The position numbers and the translations under genes were made by a program. Below the pieces are notes generated by a model, which searched no databases, was not told where the DNA came from, and saw only the letters and a program-made list of their open reading frames with translations. Shown piece by piece: positions 12,226 through 22,539 of a stretch of DNA of 64,000 nucleotides (position 1 is its first letter; each line of letters opens with the position of its first letter). Location of the stretch: assembly GCA_032718475.1 (NCBI GenBank), contig JAUCBJ010006900.1, positions 62,001 to 126,000 of the forward strand, read 5' to 3'. Source of the DNA: Nemertoderma westbladi (taxonomy: Eukaryota > Animalia > Xenacoelomorpha).

Positions 12226-13037
12226 AATTATCAAATAATAAAATTTCAGGGAATAAATTTAAATTCATGTCTTTTAATGAATTTAATAAATTGCTATTTT
12301 ACGCAATTTATAACATTCCCAAAATTCCATTAATTAATAGATCAAGGGAGCGGAGATTTATATTATTATGCGTATGCGTGTACGAAAGTCTCCCAAACAT
12401 AGTTAATAGCCGATAAAATTCGTAAAGTCATGTATAAACAGGACATTGACTATTAAAGAATCACTATTAAATAGCATCCCAGATCTGTATGCATTGGAAT
12501 CACCCTAATTCTACCGCTAGCTTTACATAATGTCACCATAGCAACAACCACGCTAGAATTAGAATTGAGTTAAAAGAACAATAGAAAGCTTGTCCCATTG
12601 AATAGCATAGGGAATAAATAGTGCACTGATAGTATCCAAGGATACATAATAATACAGTGACATTCTGGAAGGCATTGACTAACGGACAAGTGACCCGAGT
12701 GTGTGTAATTTGTGACAAGTTGTGTGTGTGGTACTTGTGAGTTTATAGGCGAATGTTACTACTAAGGTGTGTTTACAGTAGCCAGTCGCAATCGTAAAGT
12801 AACCTAACTCTCCAAGGAAAACCTGAAGTACATCTAAGCCTTTGGGACGGACAGTTGAGTGACTTGTGCCGGTTGTCGTTGTCGTTGTGCGGCTACGTCG
12901 TTGGCGAAAGTACAGCGGCGACGACACATCGGCGCTGAGGATCTCGTACTGTCCGGGGGTTGATTGGGGTAGGCAGCGACGCCCGCTCGCCTAAATGTGG
13001 ACTCATTATAATATGGATAAACTCATATATAGCAGAT

Positions 13038-14322
13038 ATGACGGAGTTGATAGAAGATGGTCTTGGTATCGGGGAGCGATATACTCTACTTTTACAAGCG
13101 TTTGTTGATAACTTAATACGCGGCGACGTTAGTCCAACTGCTGCGGAGGACGATGGTCGTTATATCGAACCGCCAATGTCCCAAGAGCAGCTCGCGCGAG
13201 TTGGACTATAGAAAATTCGCTGCTCGATATACGCGGCGTAATGGTACGTATATGGGCTTCTTAACTACTGGTCATCCTATCGATTTACACAATACAGACT
13301 ATGTCGACTATATATCCTGCCCAGCGGAGTCGGAACCATAAACTGAAATTCGAATGCGAAAATTATATTCGAAATTGACTCGAAAGAAAAGACACTAAAG
13401 AAACAAATGGACGCGGTAACTCCAACGTATATTTGGAATTCTTGATAGAAGCATTGTAACAACAAATAAATATCACCCGCGTTTACCCTACCAGACGTGC
13501 GTCTTTGGTATTATTACGATAAATGCCCTAGACTCAACTAATAAACGGAAAGACATAAACATCCACGTAAACCGAAACTTGTTGACGTATCACCTATGCT
13601 CACTCGGCTCGAACGATCCTGGAGTAAACCTACGATCAGAGTCCCGGAATACTCGGTCAAACCTCCTCATTCCTTAGTTGGACCTCAGACCTGCGATCCT
13701 GGTGGTGTCGCGGAACCTCGCAGACTGTATTCACTGTTCAAAGATCTAGTGCTACCCTAACAATTAATCGGTAACACTCCGACAGTGATTTCTAGCTAGC
13801 CGCCCATCTTACCTAGCCGGATTGTGACGCGGACACCTAATATCACTATCCAACCGTATGGTCGTTCCCGTTTAACGCGATACAACCCCTCATCAAGGTG
13901 AAGGAGAGCGTTGTACGAAACGAGTTAAACGCTATTCTATAAAGATCAAAAAAGAAACCTGCGTTTGTTCATATAAACGTAAGTTATAACAGTAAGTCCA
14001 ATCGATAAACGAATTGGCCTTATCTCAATTCGATTGGGAAATCCAGAATCTCTAAGAAGTTATCGAACTTGGACGATCCTATTCTCTGCGAGAGTTTTTG
14101 GATGAACGTATCCAGCTACGAGCGGAGGAAAATCAGCTCGAGGAGAAGCATATCGAAACGGCAGATACCTCGACCATAATCCTACACCTTCTGATGCAAT
14201 CATATTGCACCCTTCACCCAGGAGTTATGGCCCTCCTAGTAAAGTGGCTTCCCCCCAAAGAGAAAAGGACTCTTGCTAGCCTCAAGAAACTGCGTAAACG
14301 CCGTCCGCGCAAGAAAGACTAA
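13038..14322 (+). pseudogene. Possible decayed extra ORF of A1, function unknown
   Basis: A less AT-rich island with a chain of short same-strand ORFs (12960-13211, 13153-13341, 14098-14322). The last ends in KKLRKRRPRKKD just before the purine tract. No recognisable domain. Confidence 0.3.
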
Positions 14323-14392
14323 CTGTTTAGAGTATTTTTATATTTTAGAAACTGTGATTTGTTATATTTTATAGACTTAAATCCCATTTTCT

Positions 14393-14400
14393 GGGAGCGG
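14393..14400 (+). other. Polypurine tract of A1
   Basis: GGGAGCGG immediately precedes the LTR start TGTAAAAGC. Confidence 0.7.
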
Positions 14401-15592
14401 TGTAAAAGCTTTTGTGGGATAACTGATTCGTTTGCCTTGTTGGCCAGTTCCCCCCCAGTCGCTAAGAATACTCTCAAAGTGATCTATAGTTAAAAATAGT
14501 GCAAGTTACCAGCTTATTGGCTGATTTGCTGTACGCAGGCATCTGGGCTCTGTTTAATCGGCCAACAAGCCTAGGGAGGTTGCGTCATAGCCTTGTTTTT
14601 GTATCTCCCAATAGAATTTGAGTTAGCCTTGATTTTGACCTATCACAGAGCTGCTGAACTGAAAATTTCCTATCTCACTGCTCTTTCTCTGTGTTGAACG
14701 GGAGCTTCGTGGAATAAGGGAGTTGGTATCCTCGTATAGAGCAGTAGTCACGAGTTTTTCAAAGCCACGAAAGAACGGCTTTTTAGAGTTTTATGTTTTC
14801 TGCTTTTTAGCGCAACACTAGTAGGTTTAATTATAAGGACATATATCCTTTAACTGCACCTCGCATTTAACTCGCATTTGACACACCGTAGTCACGGCCT
14901 TTAATAACTGGCTTTGTGAATACTGCATACTGCTATTTGTTGTCGGTTATTCATTATATTTGTTGATGAATTATTATATTGGAATAACGAGAAATAACCC
15001 CGACACCCAATATTCTTGATATACCGAAGGTAAGAGAGAAAGGTTACAGATAAACGATTGTGACTTATGTTAAAGTGGTTTGAAGTGAATCTAATGTTAT
15101 TTGATAGACCCTACATGAGTCAGTCTGTGTTCCTTTTATATGTGACTAAAATCAGTGAAGATCGGCAGATTAGTGTGCAGTATTGTGCAGCATTGTGTAT
15201 GAGTGAGTCTGTTAAAGAAGCATTCCTAAAGAATGCGCCATATATGTGAATTATAATTAAGCCATATCGTTGTGAGTAGTTTAAGTCATAACTCTGTTTA
15301 TGTAGATAAAGCGCCACGTCCTAAAGGAACTGTTAATATTACCGAAGGTGAATAATATTGTCAGAGATTATATAATACTGTCAGTCGAATAATACATTAG
15401 GCTTACATAGCAATAAAATTAAACCGTCGAACCCAATCTCCCGGGAATATCCAGCGGGTGAATGGTCGCGCACGGATTGGTTTCGACTAGTGTAGTGAAT
15501 CAAATACTTGTCATAGGCTAAAAAGCGATTTAATATCTAGAAGACATCTTAATTTGGCGGGTTAAACTGCCAAAGGTCTGAAAGCGCGAACA
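14401..15592 (+). repeat. A1 3' LTR (~1.19 kb)
   Basis: Starts TGTAAAAGCTTTTG and ends AAAGCGCGAACA. Homologous to 32004-33188, and the homology stops exactly after GCGCGAACA in both. Confidence 0.85.
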
Positions 15593-15769
15593 CTACTCTC
15601 TGCCACTCCCTAAGGCCCTAATCTCTAATGCTACCCCTGTGCTATCATGCTATCTAACTCTCGCGTTGAAATAAGTAGGGCACGGGTGTGATGACGTGTT
15701 TGATGTAAGAGCAGGGTATGTTAATTAGGGTGGGTGCCGGGCATGAGAGGTGCCGGGCACAAGAAGTTA

Positions 15770-17853
15770 GCAGAGTAGATGTAGTAGTAGAGTGGTTGTG
15801 GGCACTGCAAGCACCACGTAGATGGAGGTAGTAGAGTTAGTAAGAGTTAGTAGAGAGTTAGTAGAGTTAGTAAGAGTTAGTAGTAGTTCATATAATTAAC
15901 ATACCCACTTTGCCGGCACTCAGAGCGTCACGTGCAGGCGAGGAGACGTAGAGGAGATAAGATGTAGATAGAGTAGAGGGAGTAGATGTAGAGGAAGTAG
16001 ATAGAGGCGGGAGAGATGCGTGATGAAGGGGTGGCCCATAAGTTATTGAGTGGTCCGGTGGGTTGGACGGAAAGGGTACGGATGTGCTGAGGTGTACGCA
16101 TAGGTGTAGGAGTACCTCGTATGGAGTATGAGAAGTATGAGCACCTTTGATGGCACTGAGGGCGCCACGTATGGAATTGAGGGGAGCATGTATACATAGC
16201 CATAGTTGAGGGTGCCAGGTAGAGTAGTATAGGCGGGCACATAGGGTGCCAGGTAGTAAGAGTAGTAGAGACGGGCACATAGGGTGCCAGGTAGTAGAGT
16301 TAGAGAGTTAGAAGTAGCAGAGTGGTTGTGGGCACCGCAAGCGCCACGTAGATGGAGGTAGTAAGCAGAGTGGTTGTGGGCACCACAAGTGCCACGTAGA
16401 GGGAGGTAGTAAGCAGAGTGGTTGTGGGCACCGCAAGCGCCACGTAGATAGAGGTCGTAGCAGAGTTAGAGGTAGTAGAGTAGTAGAGAGGGCACAAAGT
16501 GAGGGGGGGGGGGGGGTATGTACGCATGCTATTCCCAAGGAGTAAGGAAAGTGCGAAACCTGTGGGCGCTGAGGGCATCACGTAGTGAGTAGTAAGAGGG
16601 TACGTAGTACCGTTAGTTAGAGGTAGTAGTAGAGTTGGAGAGTTCTAGTAGAGTTAGTAGAGTTAGTAGAGGTAGAGAGTCAGTAGAGAGTCAGTAGAGT
16701 TAGTAGAGGTAGAGAGTCAGTAGAGTTAGTAGAGGTAGAGAGTCTGTAGAGTTAGAGAGTTAGAGAGATAGAGAGTTAGTAGGGTTAGTAGAGGTAGAGA
16801 GTAAGTGGAGTTAGAGAGTTAGTAAAGGTAGAGAGTCAGTAGAGTTAGAGAGTCAGTAGAATTAGAGAGTCAGTAGAGCCAGGGAGTTAGTAGAGCTAGT
16901 GGAGTCAGTAGAGTTAGCAGTAAGAGAGTAGAGACCATAGAAGTAGCAGCTAGAAAGATAAATAGGGTAATAGCACAAATTAAAATAAAAGTTAAGAATA
17001 TCAGGATCACCTCCGAACTACAGAAGGGCCTTCTAGGTGGCCTTCAAAGGTCTGGTAGACCACCCGGGGCTGGAGGGCGAGTCGGTGTAATACAACAGGT
17101 GGCATCTAGTAGACAGGGAGGTGGATACACATCTCAACATTCCTCAGAGGTGGGAGAAGCCGGAAGCAGATAGACTTGAGGGGAAGCGACTGGAAGAAGT
17201 CGCCAGGCGAGAAAGGCGGAGAGAGAGTAGTGAATAGTAGGAATGAAACGCGTTATGAAGACGAGCTTATAATATAATATATATAATAACAATAATTATA
17301 ATCTTATAATAATTATATAATAATTCGTATATATATTATACAGTATGTACCGTAGTCAAGCACAACCTTTTTCCAATTAGCTACTGCGACTGGGGACTAA
17401 TTGACTAGGGCGACAGGAAGGGACTTAGACGGCTCCCAGTAACATGTGCGTACATGCGTGGGACCCGATAAGTGCGTGGTCATTAAACAACAGGGCGGAG
17501 TTCAGGATTTATTGTGAAAGCTCGTATCCTGCGGGATAAGAATCGTGCAGATGGGCACTACCGGGATACGAGTAGGAGGGGCACTTGGTGGAACCACAGG
17601 CGTGGAGAGTGAGGAGTATGAGAGGAGTATGAGAGAAGTATGAGAGGAGTATGAGAGGAATGTGAGAAGAGTATGGGAGGAGAACGCAAGAGAGATAGCG
17701 AGAGGTGGTGTGGAGATAGCGCGAAGAGAGTGCGGGTGCAATTCAAGTGTGGGGGGGGGGGGGGAAGCAAGAGGCGGAGTGAGGGACGAGGAGGTCCGAG
17801 AGTATGGAAGAGTTAGGGTGTAAGTGGAGCGGAGTTAGCGGTGAAAGTGTTGG
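15770..17853 (+). mobile_element. Internally deleted remnant related to the 3' region of BEL element B, with simple and tandem repeats
   Basis: 16587-16625 matches the B 39-bp repeat. ~17003-17227 aligns with ~45688-45907 (GGTCTGGTAGACCACCCGGGGCTG). ~17363-17410 aligns with ~47460-47507. ~17712-17853 aligns with ~47618-47790. The left boundary is uncertain. Confidence 0.7.
16318..16460 (+). repeat. 48-bp tandem repeat, 3 copies, plus one copy near 15789
   Basis: GAGTGGTTGTGGGCACCGCAAGCGCCACGTAGATGGAGGTAGTAAGCA-type unit. Confidence 0.8.
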
Positions 17854-18005
17854 CTCTCAGTGTCTGGCTGAGTTTATCAGCTCTCATATTTCTATTTACA
17901 TTACCTTATATAACCCTGGCATTAAATTTACAGTGCGGCAAAACACATATAGGCCTATTAGTGTTAGTAACAATTTGAGACGATATATTTGGGCGACTCT
18001 GGATA

Positions 18006-20965
18006 ATGTCGCAGGGCTCCCAGCGTTGCTGCCAGTGTGTGGTCCGGGCGTGTGGCCAATCGAGTCGCTGTGGATGTGTTCGGAAGGGGACGGCCTGTAC
18101 CAGCTGCACCGCGATGTCCACCGGCGGTTGTCTGAACCCGCATTCAAACTCAACAGCCACAATTTCGGCCAGCACAATGGTGACTGGTTTCCCAGATGGT
18201 GACTCCGACTCCGACACGGATTCCTCGTCGAGCGTGGTCACCCAGGTCCCTCGTCCTCGCACGCCGGGGTTAGACTTGAGCCTGCCATCTCTTCCTGACA
18301 TCTCTCGGAGTTCATCATTGGGCGATGTTGGGTCTTCTCCTTCACCTATTGGTATTTCAACTAAAGAGCGATTGGAAACCGCTTTCGGTGGCCCTTGGCT
18401 GAACTCTCCAGGGTCTTCTGCGAATTCGGAATGGGAGACTCGCTTCTCTCGCCTTACCTGCTTACCTGGTCGCCTGTACACCGTGCCGGGCGGCAATGTA
18501 GGACGTAAGGTGGCTGATATTATCGCCCAGGAGTTGGAGTTGCTGACTGAGGGGGTCTATCCCTCGGAACGGCCCCTCAGCTTTATCGCCACTGTTTTCC
18601 ACCGGGATCCCGACGTTAAAAAGTCAGCGGATATTCGGCGCACTATATTGCGCAGGGTCGGTATGTGGCAACGGGAGGAGTATCAACAGCTGGTGGTGGA
18701 GGCTGAACGTTGCAGCTTAAAGTTCGCCAAATCCAGCGGTTTGCGCCAGGTTAACCCTACCCGAGCTTATAATAGGAAGATTCTGGCGGGACAGAACAGG
18801 GCGGCTGTCAGACTCGTTACGGACAGGGACAGTGGTGGGATCTTGGACCCCGATGCCCAGGCCGAGGGACGACTACCGGGAGTTACTGTTCGCGATGTCC
18901 TCGCCGAAAAACATCCCCCTCAGATGGATGTCTCTCCGGATGCTTTTGAGTCCTGCGATGTGTTGCCTGCCTTCGAGGATGTTGACATCACAGGTCAAAC
19001 CGTCCTCAAGGTTACCCGCGCGCTACGGGGTGGAGCCGGTCCGATCGGTGGCGATGCCGAATTGTGGAGCGCCCTCCTCACCCGCTATGAGGCGCACAGC
19101 TCCCGCCTCCGTGAGGCCGTCGCCGGGTTGGCTCGTCGCCTCGCCAACTCGGTGGTACCTTGGCACGAGATCCGCGCTCTCCGGGCCTGCCGCCTCGTAG
19201 CGGTGGATAAGGAACCCGGCGTCCGTCCTATCGGTATCGGCGAGGTTCTGTACCGTCTCCTCACGAATTGCCTTACGTCGGTCACCAAGACGGACTTCAT
19301 AATGGAGTGTGGGGCGGACCAGCTCTGTGCGGGAGTTAAGGCGGGCATCGAAGGCGCTGTCCACGCGATGTCTACATTGTACGATGAAGACTCCACCCAG
19401 TGCATGCTCCTCGTCGACGCCGCAAATGCGTTCAACAGCATTAGCCGCCCGGTAGCCTTGTGGAACGCGCGCATGTACTGGCACCGGTGTTCCCGGTTCT
19501 TGTACAATGCGTACAACGGTCACGCGGCCCTCTATCTCCAGGGATCCAGTAAGCCGCTGTGGAGCAGGGAGGGGTACACCCAGGGCGACCCGGCAGCCAT
19601 GCTTGGGTATGGCTGTGGGACCCTTCCCTTGATTCGGTCATTGCGGGATGTTCATCCTCGTCCGACACATCCCACTGACCCGCCGTCGACTTTACCCGCT
19701 GACCCACCGTCGGCTCCACCCGCAGACTCACCGTCGACTCAACCCACCGAGACCGACTCACTGTCGACTCCACCCGCTGACCCACCATCGACTCAACCCG
19801 CCAAGTCCGATCCACTGTCGACTCCACCCGCTGACCCACCGTCAACACAACCCGCCGAGTCCGTCCCACTGTTGACTCCACCCGCTGTCCCTCCGTCGAC
19901 TCAACCCGCCGAGTCCGACCCAATGCTGACTCAACCAGCTGACGCGCCATCGACTCAACCCACTGACCCGCCGTCGACTCTACCAGCCGATCCGTTGTCG
20001 ACTCAACCCGCCGACTTGCCGTTGACTCTACCATCCGACTCACCATCGACATCCAACCGCAGACCCGCCTTTGCCTCCACCCGGCACCTTGCCGTCGACT
20101 CCACCCGCTGATCCACCATTGACTCAACCCGTGGACCCGCCGTTGAGTGAACCTGGCAGCCCAACTGTCTCACAGAGGCAGTGTTGGTATGCCGATGATG
20201 CCTCCTCGGCAGGTTCACTCGAGGGGGTGATGGCTTGGTGGGAGGAGCTGCTTCGTGTCGGACCCCGAATCGGTTATAACCCGGAGCCCACCAAGTCCTA
20301 CTTGGAGGTCAAACCTGGGGTTGCGGAGCGAGCACAGCAGATGTTTGGGGCCTCGGGGGTCCAGATTGTTTCCGGGCACTGATTCCTGGGGGGTTATGTG
20401 GGCGACTCACTGGGTTTGCGCGAGTTTATCACCGAGAAGGTTTCCGGGTGGGTCTGGAGTATTGGTCGACTCGCCGAGGTGGCCGAGGAGTTCCCCCAGA
20501 CCGCCCACACTGGGTTGACCCGCTGTGTTCAGGCAGAGTGGGATTACCTGTTGCGGGTGGTGGACACAGAGGTTAGAGGATGTGGCGCCCATCCGTTCGG
20601 CACTGTTGCGCCAGTTTATCCCGGCTCTGTTTGGTTTGCCTGGGTCTGTCGACGAGGAGTTGCTCCTCCTCCCAGTTCGACATGGCGGCATTGGGATCCG
20701 TGATCCGATGGTGCGCCGTGGCCCCGCCCGTGAGGCGTCTCTCGCTGGAACGGTCGGGGTGGTTGATGCCATGACTACGGGTCGCCCCCTCCATGTCGCG
20801 GACCACGCAGCCTGTCTCGCCTCCGCCCTCGCCGAGAGCCGGATCACTCAGGATGCGGCCTACAAGGTGATACAGACGAACGCACTCCAAGCCATTCCCT
20901 CGGAACGACGACGCACCGTCGAACGTACGATGTCCCATAAGACTGGGGGATGGTTGACGGCGCAG
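18006..20965 (+). pseudogene. Non-LTR RT ORF in pieces: 18006-20111, 20071-20382, 20398-20703, 20525-~20965
   Basis: Consecutive RT motifs are spread over several frames. N-terminal Cys cluster CCQC..C..CGC..CTSC..CLN. Confidence 0.8.
19655..20160 (+). repeat. 24/30-bp minisatellite encoding DPPSTQPA-like repeats inside the RT
   Basis: Repeated GACCCACCGTCGACTCAACCCGC variants lying between QGDP and WYADD. Confidence 0.88.
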
Positions 20966-21420
20966 ACCTTCCTGATCGGTACTGATCCCTTGCCTCTGAG
21001 CTCCAACATATCCTTCTGGTGCTTTGGTGGTAGGCCCGATGATATTTGTGTGGTGGCGGAATTAACTTTGTTATTTTTGGTGCACATCTTTTTAATTTAT
21101 GATTTAAGATTATTATACTATATATTTATTTACCTTTTTATAACTTTTACCAGAACAAAACTTTCGCCAGATTCATCGCGATATACAAAATCTCTTTCCT
21201 CAAAAAAATCTAACTTCAAAAAACGGGCAGGTTGAAGGCCTATCCATATATTTTTAGTCTAACAAAATGTATATTTAATAAATGAAATTGTTTTTCTACT
21301 TTATCCATTTTTTCGAAATATTAATTAAGGGGGAGGGGGTGGGGTAGTTACTATTACAGTAATATGTATAATGAAAGGGGATAGTAGGCCTACTCAACAA
21401 ATGGAACGAAAGTGTGGCTA

Positions 21421-21716
21421 ACTGGACCGAACTGGACAACCAAATGAAAGATAATCTAAAAACAACCATCCATGCAGACCGGTGAAAATTAATATTGAAT
21501 TTAATTTGGTCTTTTTATACATTGTAAATTTAGGTGCATATAAGATGTCGCTAAAAAAAACTGCTGTACTGCTTTTGCCAGGCCTACTGGTGGCATATTT
21601 CTGGGTTTATAGATTGCAGTATTTTGCGTACCGGTAGTTGTTTCACCGGTCTGCATGGATGGTTGTTTTTAGATTATCTTTCATGTGACACTCCAGTTCG
21701 ATCCAGTTCGGTCCAG
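21421..21716. mobile_element. MITE-like inverted-repeat element
   Basis: ATGAAAGATAATCTAAAAACAACCATCCATGCAGACCGGTGAAA at ~21444-21487 is the exact reverse complement of 21641-21684. Outer CTGGACCGAACTGGA / TCCAGTTCGGTCCAG also pair. Confidence 0.65.
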
Positions 21717-22330
21717 ATTCGAGTAGAGTACTAACCAATGAAACGTCGATTATCTCCAAATATTTTTTTTATGAATTTGTCAACTTAAAAAACCCTACTA
21801 CTTCTATAATTTCTACATTAAACTGAAAATTTCTGTATTAGCATAAGTAGTACCTGACCTGCATAAGGTTTCATATAACTTTTTGAAATTATTATTTAAT
21901 AAAATTTAATACTATTTAACAAAGTTAAAGTTAGCATAAATTTGCAGCGCCACCTAGCGGTGTAGATTCATTTTTCACGAAATTTCGTCTGGATTTATTG
22001 CCCCATCCTTTATCTATTAATTAAAAATCTTTTATGTGATTCAAAATTGTAAAATTCTTAGGGTTTTAAGCGCAACCAACTTTTTTTTCATTGTTAACTA
22101 GTATCAACTAATATTAAATAGCGAAAAATAAATATTTTCTGACCTATCATGTAGAATAACATCTTAGGTACTTGTATTTCAAATTATAGGCTCATTCGAA
22201 AGCTCTTTACTCAGTGAACAAAGTTACATACAATATTGTTTGGCAAATTCTTGAAAGCTGCCTGAGCGATCATAACTTGAACAAAAATTGCAAGGCATAT
22301 TTTACCTAAACTAATGTTATGTTGTTTCAC

Positions 22331-22444
22331 AACTATGTAATGATGCAACGGTTCCCCCAGTCAAACCTAACCAGACTGAGGTCAAACCGGTAGCCGGCCT
22401 ATATATTCAGATCAGTCTAATACACGCTACGCGTATATCACACA
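22331..22444 (-). repeat. Gypsy 3' LTR, truncated to 114 bp
   Basis: Near-identical to 27132-27245. On the minus strand it is preceded by AAGGGGTA (purine-tract-like) and starts TGTGTGAT. Confidence 0.8.
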
Positions 22445-22539
22445 TACCCCTTAATAGTGGGGGGTTGATTGTGTGAGTGTAAATTATATTACTATTTATA
22501 CTAGTTAATGTTAATAGTAAATGTCCTATTGTGTAGGGC

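Larger units (their letters stand above)
1..15592 (+). mobile_element. BEL/Pao LTR retrotransposon, family A copy 1 (A1); 5' LTR lies upstream of the window
   Basis: Gag with three BEL-type Cys/His knuckles followed by PR-RT-RNaseH-IN. Purine tract then TGT...ACA 3' LTR. Colinear with copy A2 across UTR, gag and pol. Confidence 0.93.
17854..20965 (+). mobile_element. CRE-like (RLE-type) non-LTR retrotransposon, frameshifted and 3'-truncated
   Basis: RT motifs LVAVDKEPGVRPIGIGEVLYRL, QLCAGVKAGIEGAVH, LVDAANAFNSISR, QGDP, WYADD, LPVRHGGIGI. It ends at GGWLTA, before the expected CCHC/RLE endonuclease. Boundaries are approximate. Confidence 0.8.
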
